This document shows, piece by piece, positions 28,464 through 39,414 of a stretch of DNA of 64,000 nucleotides. Source of the DNA: Candidatus Bathyarchaeota archaeon (GTDB lineage Archaea > Thermoproteota > Bathyarchaeia > Bathyarchaeales > Bathycorpusculaceae); contig CAWHXY010000007.1 in the NCBI GenBank assembly GCA_963833575.1, positions 288,001-352,000 of the forward strand, read 5' to 3'. The stretch's first letter is position 1; each line of letters starts with the position of its first letter. Position numbers and translations under genes: made by a program. The notes beneath the pieces are model-generated. The model was given only the letters and a program-made list of their open reading frames with translations, ran no database searches and was not told the origin of the DNA.

Positions 28464-29813
28464 TTATTTTGCCGATTCGCTCATGATCGGCAATTTCACT
28501 ACGAATTTAGTCCCTTTGCCGGGCGCACTACTAGCTGAAATAGTGCCGTTACGGGCTTCCACGAAACGTTTGCATATAGGTAGTCCTAGACCCATTCCTT
28601 GTGGCTTGGTTGTGAAAAGTGGAGTCCAAAGTTTCTGTAGGGTTTCTTCGATCATTCCAACACCGGTATCTTCAAAACTGAAAGACAAAATGTCATCAAC
28701 TCTCCCGCTTGTGATCGCGAGTGTTCCGCCGTTGGGCATTGCGTCGAAGGCATTTCTTATTAAATTAACAAAAACTCTTATCATTTTGTCTTTATCAACA
28801 GCAAACTTAGGTTCGTCCTTTGGATTTTTCACGATGTTGATTTTTTCGGGCACTTTGAGGAGAACTAATGAATCTTCCAAGAGGGACTTTGGATCTGTTT
28901 CGCTTAGATTCAACTTTATTTCTTTAGAATAGTCGAGAAGGTCGTTTATTATTTTATTAGATTGATCTACCGACTTCTCGATCGTAGCAATCATTTCATT
29001 TTCTTTTTCGTCTAGTTTTGAACCTGCCTTCTTTTTTAGATAATAGGAAGCGTTAACTATACTTGAAAGTGGATTGCGCAAATCATGCCCAACCATTGCC
29101 GCTAATTGCCCAATATTTGCCATTCTCTCTGCTTTTCTCAGTTCCACGGTTTTTTCCTCGACTATCTCCTCTAGATTTTTTGAGTGCTTCTCAAGTTCGC
29201 GTTGAAGCTCAAAATTTTTGGTTAAGTCTTGGAAGCTTTTTCGACGGTAGATCTGTAATTGCCATGAGCCTAACAAGGCAATGACATTTGCTAGAAGTAG
29301 CCCGAAAAATATAGTGAATACATAGGGGAGTGAAGAAGGCTGCTGAAACCACAAGATGATTGCAACTTCGCCTATCGTCGCACTTGACGCTATTAATATT
29401 TGGTTAGTAAACCGATTGGGTGTTATTAGATATATCACAAATATTGCAATTATTGTGATTAGAACATGCACAGTGAAGTTTTGTGGTCGTGTCGCGTTTA
29501 TTATTCCGCTAAAAAACAATATAACTAACGAATAAGCAGTGATGGATTGGTCGTATTTCTTGTAATTTTTTACTTTGGTTATTTGGACAAGCTCAAAAAT
29601 AGTGTAAAATAAAATTCCAAACCTGAGTCCTATTAGCCCATAGAATTCTGTTGATAATCCAAACAGTTCGAAATCGTTAAAGGCAAACAAAATTATTGGT
29701 ACTACAAATAACAGTATTGCCAATCTAACTTGTATTATGTCTTTGTGAACATAGAATTCTCTGCAGCTGACCCCTTGATTACCAGGCAATTCAAGCTGCA
29801 GTTTTGTGAACAT
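28464..29813 (-). CDS. Membrane sensor histidine kinase
   Basis: About six TM helices, GHDLRNPL, NLIRNAFDAM, DTGVG, GMGLGL. Confidence 0.92.
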   Translation of the reverse strand: MFTKLQLELPGNQGVSCREFYVHKDIIQVRLAILLFVVPIILFAFNDFELFGLSTEFYGLIGLRFGILFYTIFELVQITKVKNYKKYDQSITAYSLVILFFSGIINATRPQNFTVHVLITIIAIFVIYLITPNRFTNQILIASSATIGEVAIILWFQQPSSLPYVFTIFFGLLLANVIALLGSWQLQIYRRKSFQDLTKNFELQRELEKHSKNLEEIVEEKTVELRKAERMANIGQLAAMVGHDLRNPLSSIVNASYYLKKKAGSKLDEKENEMIATIEKSVDQSNKIINDLLDYSKEIKLNLSETDPKSLLEDSLVLLKVPEKINIVKNPKDEPKFAVDKDKMIRVFVNLIRNAFDAMPNGGTLAITSGRVDDILSFSFEDTGVGMIEETLQKLWTPLFTTKPQGMGLGLPICKRFVEARNGTISASSAPGKGTKFVVKLPIMSESAK

Positions 29814-30198
29814 GCTGTAGAATTCTTCCTAAGTCTATTTTTAAGTTTTATGGAAGATATTTATCAATTGCACAACTAGGATTGAGAAAGTGTTCAATAT
29901 TCTTGTAAGATTAGTCAGATTCTGATGCATACGATTTGTTGATTAGGATTTGCTTTGAATTCACAAAATGGTGCTGACAAGATATTTTATCCTCTAATAC
30001 AACCATTGTATCTAACACGAAACACTATAGTTTTGGTAAATCGGAAAATGAAACCTAAAATTAAGAAAATAACCAAACTATGCTTTTCAAAAATAGAACA
30101 AAACAACACATTCACAAACACAAATAAGAGACTCTACGTTATACGCATTAGCCTTAAATACCGAAGCTTTTCTATTTTGCTGTAAGCGGGGAAGCTCT

Positions 30199-30972
30199 AT
30201 GTCCACTCCATACGCAGTTGAACTAAAAGACGTAACTAAACGGTATAATGAAATAGTTGCAGTAAACAACCTTAATCTTTCCATTAGTACAGGTGAAATA
30301 TTCGGTCTTTTGGGACCAAACGGTTCAGGAAAATCAACCACTCTCAAAATGCTGCTAGGTTTGGTGCCGTCAGATTTTGGAAGCATCACCGTTTTAGGAT
30401 TAGATGTTCAAAAAAATTCTGTTGAGGTTAAGCGGCTTGTTGGGTATGTTCCGGAAGCAGCAAACATTTACGAGTTCTTAACGGGAATTGAATATCTTGA
30501 CTTTATAGCAGACATATATGGAGTGCCAACAGCTGAGAAAAAGCAGAGAATAACCGAGTATCTTAAGGCGCTCCAACTTGAAGGACGAGAAGGTGATATG
30601 ATTAACAGTTACTCAGACGGCATGAGAAAAAAAATTAGCTTAATCTCAGCTTTTCTGCATAAACCTAAGTTGTTGTTGCTTGATGAGCCGCTTAATGCAC
30701 TCGATCCCCGCTCAGCAAGAATAGTTAAGGATTTTCTTCATTCGCTTAAAGGGCAAGGTGTAACCACCATTATGTCTACGCATGTGCTTGAAATTGCAGA
30801 AGCCATTTGCGATAGAATAGGCATAATGTATCAGGGCAACATTTTGGCTCTTGGAAACATGGAGGAACTTCGGCAAAAAGCTAGTTTGCCTAATTCAGGC
30901 TTAGAAGATATATTCTTGAAGTTAACTGGAACAGAAGACCTTAGAGCAGTTGTTGAGGAACTTACTCGATGA
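30199..30972 (+). CDS. ABC ATP-binding subunit
   Basis: GPNGSGKST, YSDGMRKK, LLLDEP. Confidence 0.92.
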   Translation: MSTPYAVELKDVTKRYNEIVAVNNLNLSISTGEIFGLLGPNGSGKSTTLKMLLGLVPSDFGSITVLGLDVQKNSVEVKRLVGYVPEAANIYEFLTGIEYLDFIADIYGVPTAEKKQRITEYLKALQLEGREGDMINSYSDGMRKKISLISAFLHKPKLLLLDEPLNALDPRSARIVKDFLHSLKGQGVTTIMSTHVLEIAEAICDRIGIMYQGNILALGNMEELRQKASLPNSGLEDIFLKLTGTEDLRAVVEELTR

Positions 30973-32654
30973 ATTGGAAGAACGTCCTCTACCTGCTACG
31001 GGTTGATCGCAAATCTGGCAGGCTTATTAGAGGCATAAAAGCCACAAGGTACAAAGAAAATAGTTTTCTGGCTTATTGGCCTTATTGGGCAGCTGCCATA
31101 ATCGGAGTAGTCGGCGGGATATTGGGGGTTTTGATTGCATCTGCGGCTTACTCGCAAGGAACTCCTGCGGGTTTGCCGTCACTGGGACAAGCAGCACTGA
31201 GCTTTTTCGCTGTGTTACCAACCCTTACAATAATTGCTAGTTTAGTATTTACATTGCTTCAACAAATTCAACTTGCGGGTCTGAAACCTTCAGGGCAAGT
31301 GATATATGCTCTACCTGTAACTTGGGAAGAGCACACTTTAGCATCCATCTTATCTAACCTCTTAGGTTGGCCAATTGCGTTAGTAACGGGCTTATCAGCT
31401 GGAATAATTGTTTTTTCAGCTTTTAACGGGTTAATTCTTCAAGCATTACTTACCGTAGTCATAATGGCTGCGGCAGCTTTCATGGCTAGCTCCATAACAG
31501 AAATTTTGAGAATTATCCAAGTCCGTTTTACAGGCGCCGTTTACAAGTCAAGTGGGAGAGGAGCGATATGGGTAAGATTGATCGGTACGCTTCTTTTCTT
31601 CATTATATTCTACATATTTTATTTCTACGTGGTCAATAGCTTTGGTTCGTTCATAACAAATTTATCCGCAGCTCAGAACGCTGCGTGGTATGTACCCTTA
31701 ATTTGGCTTGCTCTGATCCTTTCCTACGCCGTCAAAGGACTATTTTTGCAAGGGGTTTTGTTCTCGATATTATCCTCTCTGTTCATAGCAATTTTATACT
31801 TTCTGGCAGTTGCCTTAAACAAACGATATGGATTTTATGAACCACCAGCGATCACGATTCAAAAAAGCGGATTTTACGCGCCGAAAACAGGGCTGCTAGG
31901 TAGAATTGGTTTCTCCAATGTTGAAGCAGCAATAATTAGAAAAGATCTTCGTGCTTTCACTAGAAGACGAGAATTAATTAGCGTTTACATTGCACCTATA
32001 ATAATGATTATAATACCACTCATGAATTCACTGGGAATAATAAACAACGGTGCAAATGGAGCACCAGGCGGCCAAGCAACTCTAATTTTTTCAATCATAA
32101 TATATCTTTTACCCGCTTCATTTATGGCTATGTTACTCGGGGAAGTTCTAATCGGTGAAGAAGGACAATCAGTCTGGCGAATTTATGCTTCACCAATTTC
32201 TCCAAAGAACTTGGTTAGAAGCAAATACTTCTTTACAGTGCTTTTTTCAACAATTCTCCTTTTGATAAGTGGAACAATTGGAACCTTATTTTACCGCCCA
32301 ACAATAGAAGATGCAATTATAGGTTATCTTGAAACATTCTTCGTTGTATTGGCGATAGGCGCAGTTTCACTCGCAGTCGGTTTCAAGGGACCTGACTTTT
32401 CGCAAACCCGTAGGGCAAGGATGATTCGTCAAGGATGGTCTCTGATCGGACTAGTAGTCGGTGGACTTGTAGGCTTAGCTGTGCTGGCACCTCTGTTGCC
32501 ATTCATAATAATTTCCTTCTTAGGCGGCTCAGCTTTTTACAGTCTTATTTTTGGGGTTGTCGTCAGCGCAATCATTTCTGTAGTGATCAGCGCAATATTT
32601 TATAAGATAAACATTGGCTTAGCAAATGACCTACTGAGAAAAGCTGAAACTTAA
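30969..32654 (+). CDS. Large ABC exporter permease (about 13-14 TM)
   Basis: Two hydrophobic halves joined by a KDLRAFTR linker; ATGA overlap with the ATPase. Confidence 0.8.
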   Translation: MNWKNVLYLLRVDRKSGRLIRGIKATRYKENSFLAYWPYWAAAIIGVVGGILGVLIASAAYSQGTPAGLPSLGQAALSFFAVLPTLTIIASLVFTLLQQIQLAGLKPSGQVIYALPVTWEEHTLASILSNLLGWPIALVTGLSAGIIVFSAFNGLILQALLTVVIMAAAAFMASSITEILRIIQVRFTGAVYKSSGRGAIWVRLIGTLLFFIIFYIFYFYVVNSFGSFITNLSAAQNAAWYVPLIWLALILSYAVKGLFLQGVLFSILSSLFIAILYFLAVALNKRYGFYEPPAITIQKSGFYAPKTGLLGRIGFSNVEAAIIRKDLRAFTRRRELISVYIAPIIMIIIPLMNSLGIINNGANGAPGGQATLIFSIIIYLLPASFMAMLLGEVLIGEEGQSVWRIYASPISPKNLVRSKYFFTVLFSTILLLISGTIGTLFYRPTIEDAIIGYLETFFVVLAIGAVSLAVGFKGPDFSQTRRARMIRQGWSLIGLVVGGLVGLAVLAPLLPFIIISFLGGSAFYSLIFGVVVSAIISVVISAIFYKINIGLANDLLRKAET

Positions 32655-32744
32655 GCGTGCAGCTTGAAAGAACAAAATTCCTGAAAAATCTTATTCGGCA
32701 ACTTTTATCTAACACATCAAACATTGTTTTTTCAGTGACATTTT

Positions 32745-33185
32745 ATGCAGGAATTAATCGTAAGAAGCTCGGTTTTTGAACCAAGCAAGCCGATTCCTAA
32801 GAAATATACTTGTGATGGGAATGACATAAATCCGCCCCTAACAATTGAAGGTACACCAAAAGATGCAAAAACTCTTGTCTTAATTATTGATGATCCCGAT
32901 GCGCCAAGGGGCACATTTGACCACTGGGTTGTCTGGAATATACCAGCCTCAACAAATAAGATAGGAGAGAACACCGTTCCTGGAAAAGAAGGAATTAACG
33001 GTGCAGGGCAACCAAGTTACATGGGACCTTGTCCACCAAGCGGAACTCACAGATACTTTTTCAAAGTTTATGCTTTAGACACGGTACTTAATTTAGGAAT
33101 TAACTCTAGAAAGAAGGATGTTGAAAAAGCCATGCAAAGCCACATTCTAGCTAAAGGCGAATTGATAGGATTGCATAGTAGGTAA
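32745..33185 (+). CDS. YbhB/YbcL (PEBP/RKIP-like) protein
   Basis: DDPDAP, HWVVWNIP, GPCPPSGTHRYFF. Confidence 0.93.
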   Translation: MQELIVRSSVFEPSKPIPKKYTCDGNDINPPLTIEGTPKDAKTLVLIIDDPDAPRGTFDHWVVWNIPASTNKIGENTVPGKEGINGAGQPSYMGPCPPSGTHRYFFKVYALDTVLNLGINSRKKDVEKAMQSHILAKGELIGLHSR

Positions 33186-33279
33186 ACTTACTCAACTACC
33201 TTGATTGTAGACCGAAATTATCGATCAAACGTTAAATAGCCTTACTTTATTGCTTACCCTAGCGATTGGTTGACCATAT

Positions 33280-34479
33280 TTGAACCGCAAGCACATCATA
33301 CTAGCAGCAACATTGCTTATCGTTCTGATTATTGCTTCAATTTTTATAAGTTTTAACACGATTAGCAAACCTGCTACAATTGCAGCTAGACAATTTTATG
33401 TAGGTGTAGAGTTTGCTTCCTCCAATCAATTTGGAGATCTGAAAGCTTTGGTGGATAAGGTGAAAGATTACACTAATCTTTTTGTCATTGGTTCAATTGG
33501 CATTTCTTTTAATCGATCGGCTTTAGATCAATCATGCGATTACATAAGTGCTTCAGGGCTGAACTTCATCGTTTTTTTCACGAGTTTTACTTCACCTTAT
33601 TATAATAGCACTGGCGGCTGGTCGGATAATTATACAACTTTTAATTGGATGATGGATGCTCAGGAAAAGTATGGAAATAAACTCTTGGGGATTTACAGGT
33701 ACGACGAACCTGGGGGAAACCAGCTTGATAATGGCACTTCCAGATTAATTCAAGACGGTGTAAGCTACTCGGAAGTAGCTCAAAATTACGTGGGCAACCT
33801 ATCAAGCATTTTACAGTACTATTACAATGCGGGTAACCTATCTAACATAGTCACCTCTGATTACGGTCTATATTGGTTTGATTACAAATCCTCATATAAC
33901 ACTGTTTTTGCTGAGTTTTTAGGAAATGAGACTAGGCACGGAAGTCCGGGTAGACCATTAATAGTTTCACTTGACAGAGGGGCTGCCCAATCATTTCACA
34001 AAGATTGGGGCGTTATTGTAACCTGGCAATATGATCAGGCACCCTATCTTGAATCTGGAGATCAATTATACTCAGACTTAATTCTCGCATATAGCACGGG
34101 GGCAACATACGCGATCGTTTTCAGTTACCCATTTTATCCCGATAACAACCCATATGGCACCTTACTCGAAGAACACTTCCAAGCTTTGCAAAAATTCTGG
34201 AACGTCCTGAACAACAATCCAAATTCGATTGCTCAAAACAAAGCAACAGTTGCCTATGTTTTGCCCCAAAACTATGGATTTGGTTTTCGAAGCTCCAATG
34301 ACAATATCTGGGGTTTGTTCCCAGCAGATAATTTGACTCAAAAAATCTCTGCCGACATTCATTTCCTGCTTGCAAAGTACAACAGCAGTTTAAATGTAAT
34401 TTATGACGACCCCCAAGTAATTGATTCAACACTAAATAATTATCAGAAAGTGTTTTACTGGAACGAAACGGTAACTTGA
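33280..34479 (+). CDS. Membrane-anchored secreted protein, possible glycoside-hydrolase-like TIM barrel
   Basis: N-terminal signal/TM, aromatic-rich, YRYDEPGG and VFAEF motifs, many NxS/T sequons. Confidence 0.65.
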   Translation: MNRKHIILAATLLIVLIIASIFISFNTISKPATIAARQFYVGVEFASSNQFGDLKALVDKVKDYTNLFVIGSIGISFNRSALDQSCDYISASGLNFIVFFTSFTSPYYNSTGGWSDNYTTFNWMMDAQEKYGNKLLGIYRYDEPGGNQLDNGTSRLIQDGVSYSEVAQNYVGNLSSILQYYYNAGNLSNIVTSDYGLYWFDYKSSYNTVFAEFLGNETRHGSPGRPLIVSLDRGAAQSFHKDWGVIVTWQYDQAPYLESGDQLYSDLILAYSTGATYAIVFSYPFYPDNNPYGTLLEEHFQALQKFWNVLNNNPNSIAQNKATVAYVLPQNYGFGFRSSNDNIWGLFPADNLTQKISADIHFLLAKYNSSLNVIYDDPQVIDSTLNNYQKVFYWNETVT

Positions 34480-34596
34480 TTCCAGATATTTTTGTCCAAT
34501 GCGCTGTTGGTAAGCAGATTAGCCATAGTTGAGATATGCCTTTAAACATAAGTACCCATTAAAGCAACATATTCGATCATTGGATGGAACTTCGCA

Positions 34597-37500
34597 TTGG
34601 AAAGGAAATCAGCCAATTTAGATGGAGGAGGAATCGGGCCAACCTATTCAAAAGGCATTAAATTACTTGGGCAAAAAAGTAAAGCCAGCTTTGAAGAATC
34701 CACCGACAAATTACCTTCACTTGACGCATCAGGAATCGCAGAATATATCCGCTTCGACTGTTGCCCACGATATTTCAAACTCCGGTTTGAAGATAAAGTG
34801 GAGAAAAAGAAGAAGTGGCCAGAAGCATTCCATAAACCGCTGAGTCCCCTCCTTTTTACAGCAGGTAAACAGCTTGAAGAAAAAACTGTTCAAGAATTAA
34901 AATCTAAAGTCGCTGACTTTCAAGATTTTAGTTGTTATGACCCTAAAAAAGAAGTAGGTGAATGGAGCAGTGCATGGCCAAAATCACGTCAAGCGTTAAC
35001 GCAGATTGTTGAAAATGCACTTTCTGCTAAGGCGCAGGCCGATTATAAGCCAGTTTTGATTTACCAAGCACCGATGCTGGGACATATCGGTTTATGGGAT
35101 ATAAGAGGTATAGCGGATTTAATCGGAGTATGGCCAATCAAGGATGGCAAAGTCAAGGTTCGGATTTTTGAAATAAAATCTTCTTGGAGAGAGCAGACTG
35201 CTCACCGCATACAAGTCGCTATCTATATACTATTACTTATCGAAGCCTTAGGGAAAACTGCCACTAAAATTGAATTTGAAGGGGGCGTGATCAATAAACA
35301 ATCGGATTTAGATAAACTTGAACCTGAAAATCTCCCTTCATTTAGGCTTGAACCTTTAATCCAGGATATTCAAAGGCTTCTTAGCCTAAAAGGTGAATTT
35401 TACCGAATCCACAAAAAAGCTCTTGATAATGTGGAGTTTCAGCTCTCATGGGGGTGTGACAATTGCGGTTATAACGAGTGCTGCGTTGTTTGCGCTATTG
35501 AAAATGAAAGCATTGCATTGTTAAATTTGACAAGAGGAGAACAGAAGTCGCTAAATCAACAAGGGATTTTGCATCTGGAAGACCTCGCCAGACTAAAAGT
35601 TGTCCCTAAACAAGATGAATTACGCCCCCATAATTTTAAAGAAATCCCAGCGTTAGACACAAAAAAAGTTCAACTGTTATCGTCTGACCCCGTAATCGGA
35701 AGCAAGCTTGACAAGTTAATACAAAGAGCTCAATTTATGCTGTCGACAATACGTTCGAACAGCCCGTTTGCCAATAGGGTGAGGTGGATGCCTTGGCTGA
35801 CAGGTACAGGGTACGGGACTTTGCCTGAAGACAGCCCTCAAGAGGGTACAGATACGGCGCTTTCCTTTAGACCCGAAGGCATGGTTCGAGTATACTTTCA
35901 CATTCAATGGGATTACTTGCTAAACATCATATCAATAATTAGCGGCAGAGTAAGCTGCACAAGGTACCATGGTAAACCTATAACCATATCCAAAATTGTC
36001 AACACATTACCCAAAGAACAAAAAGAAGCTCGGGATGAAGAAAAAAAGCTACTTGAAACATTTTTTGCAGAAATCACCCAAGCTATCAATAAAATAGCGG
36101 TTGATGTTGGAAGTCCAGACGAGGCTCCAATTCACCTTTACTTTTACACAAGACAAGAGCGCGACCACTTAATGGAGGCGGTACGCCATCACTCTTCTCT
36201 AAAAACTGCCAAGGCAGTACAAGACCTTTTGGGACTTAGGCAAGCAATTGACCAGCCCATGTTTTCTATCCTTCAAGACGAAATAAGTCTCAGAAAAGCC
36301 GTTGGGTACCACAGTACGGGGCTTCTTCCTGTTCTAAAACAATGCTGCTACTTCGACGCAAACCAATGGACGGTAAACCGCCAAGATGGCTCACGTTTAG
36401 ACATGCGTTTAGCTTTTCGAGACGGTTTCTTCAACTTTGAATTGCCCTATACCCGCACTGATATTGGTTCCATGTCATTTATCCTTAATTCTGAGGACTC
36501 AAGGCCAAAAGAAGGGTATTACCCAGCTCGCGCCCGTTTTGGAAATCAAATTCCAATTGAATACGTTTGGGGAGCCAAAGGCAAACTTGACCGCAACCAA
36601 GTAAACGGCCACGACAAGATAATGGTTGAGAAACGTTTATGGTGTGATTACCCACATAAAACAAGAAGGATCAGTGACGAAGATTTAACATTGTTATGCT
36701 CAAACCTTTGTTTGGCTCTTGAACAAATTGAACGGTCGCTTTCCATTCGCAACCGTCGCTTGGGCAAAAAACCAATTAATATTCCAAACATACCTGAGTT
36801 TACATTAGGAGTTTCAACTCTTGAGAGAAGTTGCCGAGAATTTTTAGATCTTGAGTATTTTGCGAAGCGCCAAGAAATGTATCAGCATTATGCTTTGCTT
36901 CCATGTCAGCGGGTAGCCAATGGCAGATCGGTGATTTTTGAATGCACGAGTGCTGAAGAGTTTGATCGGGATTTTGTTGTAAGTGGAAAGTTGATTTACG
37001 AGGGCCTTGGTTTACCGAAGGCTGATTGTCTAGTTAATGCTTGTAGGGTCAAAGGGTCTGACGATTCTGGCTCTGGCGATTGGATGGTTGCGACCGAAAT
37101 TAAGTTAAATGATCAAGGACAGTTTGAGGAAGCTAACCAAAGGTCACCGTCGCATGTAGAAAAATCCGCTCGAGTCATAGTCGAAAAAGTTGATTTACGC
37201 AAACTGGAGATAACCATTAAAGTCGTAAGTTGGCCCAGCGGCAAGAGCAGACGTTACAGTACATGGCATGACCTTCCTACAACCGACAGGGAAAAAGCCC
37301 AAAATAGCAAACATATGCAGCTTTTTGAAGTAGGACGGAAATACATTCTTGATGAATTGGCAGATGACATAATTTCGGAGAGAGCGGCTAAATGCCTTGA
37401 TTACGCTGCCGACAACGCACTGTATTGTTTGCTTGCAGGGTTTTTGGAAGGCTCGGGTAAACCATCGGAACATACAGCATTAAATAAACAAACTGCGAAG

Positions 37501-39015
37501 CCGTTCTTAGATTGGATCGAACACACAAAGTTTCCACCAAAACAGGAACAAGCCCTTTTCATTGATAGAGTTTTTGCTAAAGAACAAGTAGTTATGCTTC
37601 AAGGCCCTCCAGGAACAGGAAAAACTGAAACATTGCAGTTAGCTGTACTTGCTCATGTCGCCTCACACCAAACTGTCAGCAAGTGCCGTGTCCTGATGGT
37701 TGCACCTACGCATAAGGCAATTCATGAATTTGTTAGTAAACTAGCTAAGTCTTGGCGATTGTACTGCAAAGAAGGAAACAGAGATTTAGCAAAACTTCGG
37801 ATTTATCGTGTTCTAAATAATCATGTTTCTTCAGCTAAAGCCCTTGACGGCGTTAAATATGTCAACTATAACGAAGATGAAGAGATAGTTACTGAACTGA
37901 AAGATGCATTATCAAGCCAAGCGACGTTAGTTCCTGATTCAACGGGTGCTTTCCCATTGGTTCTATGTGTTACACCGCCTGGCTTGTACGGTCTCATGAA
38001 AAAGATTGGTGGTAAAGAGCCAGCTTGGAACGAAGGCTTCTTTGACTTACTAGTCGTTGATGAAGCAAGTATGATGCGTCTTCCGGAGCTGATTCTTTCA
38101 GGCGCATTTGTCGACAAAAACGCTCAAATTCTGGTGGCAGGGGATCATCGACAGCTGCCACCTATTCAAGCACATAATTGGGAAAAAGAGGACAGACGAA
38201 CCATTGAAGAAATGGCTTCATTCCTATCAGCAATGGACTTCCTTCGTTTACTACGTCAAGAAGATCTAGGAATTGAACATGTTAAATCCCTGCATAAAGC
38301 GGATATTCCGACGGAACGCCTAAGCGAAACGCACCGCTGCCACCAAGTAGTTGCACAGTTCCTAAAAGAATGGATATATCACAAAGACGGGATTGATTTT
38401 CATTCTGACCAAAAGCAAACTCTATCGACTGAAACTCCTTCTACAGAAGGATTGAAAGTTGTTTTGGATCCTGAGAATATTTTCGTCTTAATTGTTCATG
38501 ATGAAATGGAGAGTTTTCAATCAAATTTAGTCGAAGCAAAAATAATCGACACCTTGGTTCGTTCTGTTAATCCAGAAGGAGTTGGAATAGTTACGCCTCA
38601 TAATGCTCAAAGAGGCGTAGTTAAGAATTTGTTGCTTGATGGCCACGAAAATGTGAGGGTTGATACTGTCGAGCGGTATCAAGGTGGTGAAGCTGACTTC
38701 ATAATCATTTCTTCAACCGTAAGCGATCCCGACTATGTGCGGGCAGAAAGCGACTTCCTGTTAAACCTAAATCGAATAAATGTAGCTATATCTAGAATGA
38801 AAAAGAAACTCGTTATAATTGCTAGCCGATCAATTTTTGAATTTATGCCTCAAGACGCTAAAGACTACGATAAAGCCCTGTTGTGGAGAGGTATAGCCCA
38901 AACCGTAGGTTTCACCGCAAACGCCGAGCCCAAATGGAAAGGCAGCCTATCTGAGTTTTTAGGGAAAAACTCTCAAAAAGTTGAAGTTGAAGTTTACACT
39001 AAAAACCAACAGTAA
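34597..39015 (+). CDS. PD-(D/E)xK (Cas4/RecB-like) nuclease fused to SF1 (Dna2/Upf1-like) helicase
   Basis: GIADLI...FEIKSS...QVAIY; Cys set CCPRY + CDNCGYNECC; QGPPGTGKT, VDEASM, GDHRQLPP, TPHNAQ, TVERYQGGE, NRINVAISR. Confidence 0.88.
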   Translation: MERKSANLDGGGIGPTYSKGIKLLGQKSKASFEESTDKLPSLDASGIAEYIRFDCCPRYFKLRFEDKVEKKKKWPEAFHKPLSPLLFTAGKQLEEKTVQELKSKVADFQDFSCYDPKKEVGEWSSAWPKSRQALTQIVENALSAKAQADYKPVLIYQAPMLGHIGLWDIRGIADLIGVWPIKDGKVKVRIFEIKSSWREQTAHRIQVAIYILLLIEALGKTATKIEFEGGVINKQSDLDKLEPENLPSFRLEPLIQDIQRLLSLKGEFYRIHKKALDNVEFQLSWGCDNCGYNECCVVCAIENESIALLNLTRGEQKSLNQQGILHLEDLARLKVVPKQDELRPHNFKEIPALDTKKVQLLSSDPVIGSKLDKLIQRAQFMLSTIRSNSPFANRVRWMPWLTGTGYGTLPEDSPQEGTDTALSFRPEGMVRVYFHIQWDYLLNIISIISGRVSCTRYHGKPITISKIVNTLPKEQKEARDEEKKLLETFFAEITQAINKIAVDVGSPDEAPIHLYFYTRQERDHLMEAVRHHSSLKTAKAVQDLLGLRQAIDQPMFSILQDEISLRKAVGYHSTGLLPVLKQCCYFDANQWTVNRQDGSRLDMRLAFRDGFFNFELPYTRTDIGSMSFILNSEDSRPKEGYYPARARFGNQIPIEYVWGAKGKLDRNQVNGHDKIMVEKRLWCDYPHKTRRISDEDLTLLCSNLCLALEQIERSLSIRNRRLGKKPINIPNIPEFTLGVSTLERSCREFLDLEYFAKRQEMYQHYALLPCQRVANGRSVIFECTSAEEFDRDFVVSGKLIYEGLGLPKADCLVNACRVKGSDDSGSGDWMVATEIKLNDQGQFEEANQRSPSHVEKSARVIVEKVDLRKLEITIKVVSWPSGKSRRYSTWHDLPTTDREKAQNSKHMQLFEVGRKYILDELADDIISERAAKCLDYAADNALYCLLAGFLEGSGKPSEHTALNKQTAKPFLDWIEHTKFPPKQEQALFIDRVFAKEQVVMLQGPPGTGKTETLQLAVLAHVASHQTVSKCRVLMVAPTHKAIHEFVSKLAKSWRLYCKEGNRDLAKLRIYRVLNNHVSSAKALDGVKYVNYNEDEEIVTELKDALSSQATLVPDSTGAFPLVLCVTPPGLYGLMKKIGGKEPAWNEGFFDLLVVDEASMMRLPELILSGAFVDKNAQILVAGDHRQLPPIQAHNWEKEDRRTIEEMASFLSAMDFLRLLRQEDLGIEHVKSLHKADIPTERLSETHRCHQVVAQFLKEWIYHKDGIDFHSDQKQTLSTETPSTEGLKVVLDPENIFVLIVHDEMESFQSNLVEAKIIDTLVRSVNPEGVGIVTPHNAQRGVVKNLLLDGHENVRVDTVERYQGGEADFIIISSTVSDPDYVRAESDFLLNLNRINVAISRMKKKLVIIASRSIFEFMPQDAKDYDKALLWRGIAQTVGFTANAEPKWKGSLSEFLGKNSQKVEVEVYTKNQQ

Positions 39016-39096
39016 CTTACCCATATTAGTTAAGCCACATCGCAACCCGCTAACCTTAAAAACTAGAACCAATAAGAAATGGCAAGGATTTAGAGA

Positions 39097-39414
39097 ATGA
39101 AAACTGACGCGTTCACGTTAACAGTTGTATTCGCTATTGTGATTTCAGTAATTACTGGCGGCGTCATCATCATTATTACTCAAAATAATTTAACTATCAT
39201 ACCCTCCGTAGAGAGAGGCACAATAATTTCAAAAAATGTGATCACCGCAAATGATAGCACCATTGAACTTTCAGGTGGCAAAACATTGCACATTTTGAAC
39301 AACACACCACTTTACTTGAGTTTGCAGGAAAATCAAAGCTATGTTTTCAACTGCCTCTATAATTATAACACAAAAATAACCATCATTCAAAATGCCAAAA
39401 ACGATACTACTTAA
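39097..39414 (+). CDS. Membrane-anchored small beta-rich (OB-like) protein
   Basis: N-terminal TM helix, then ERGTIISK...YVFNC. Confidence 0.6.
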   Translation: MKTDAFTLTVVFAIVISVITGGVIIIITQNNLTIIPSVERGTIISKNVITANDSTIELSGGKTLHILNNTPLYLSLQENQSYVFNCLYNYNTKITIIQNAKNDTT

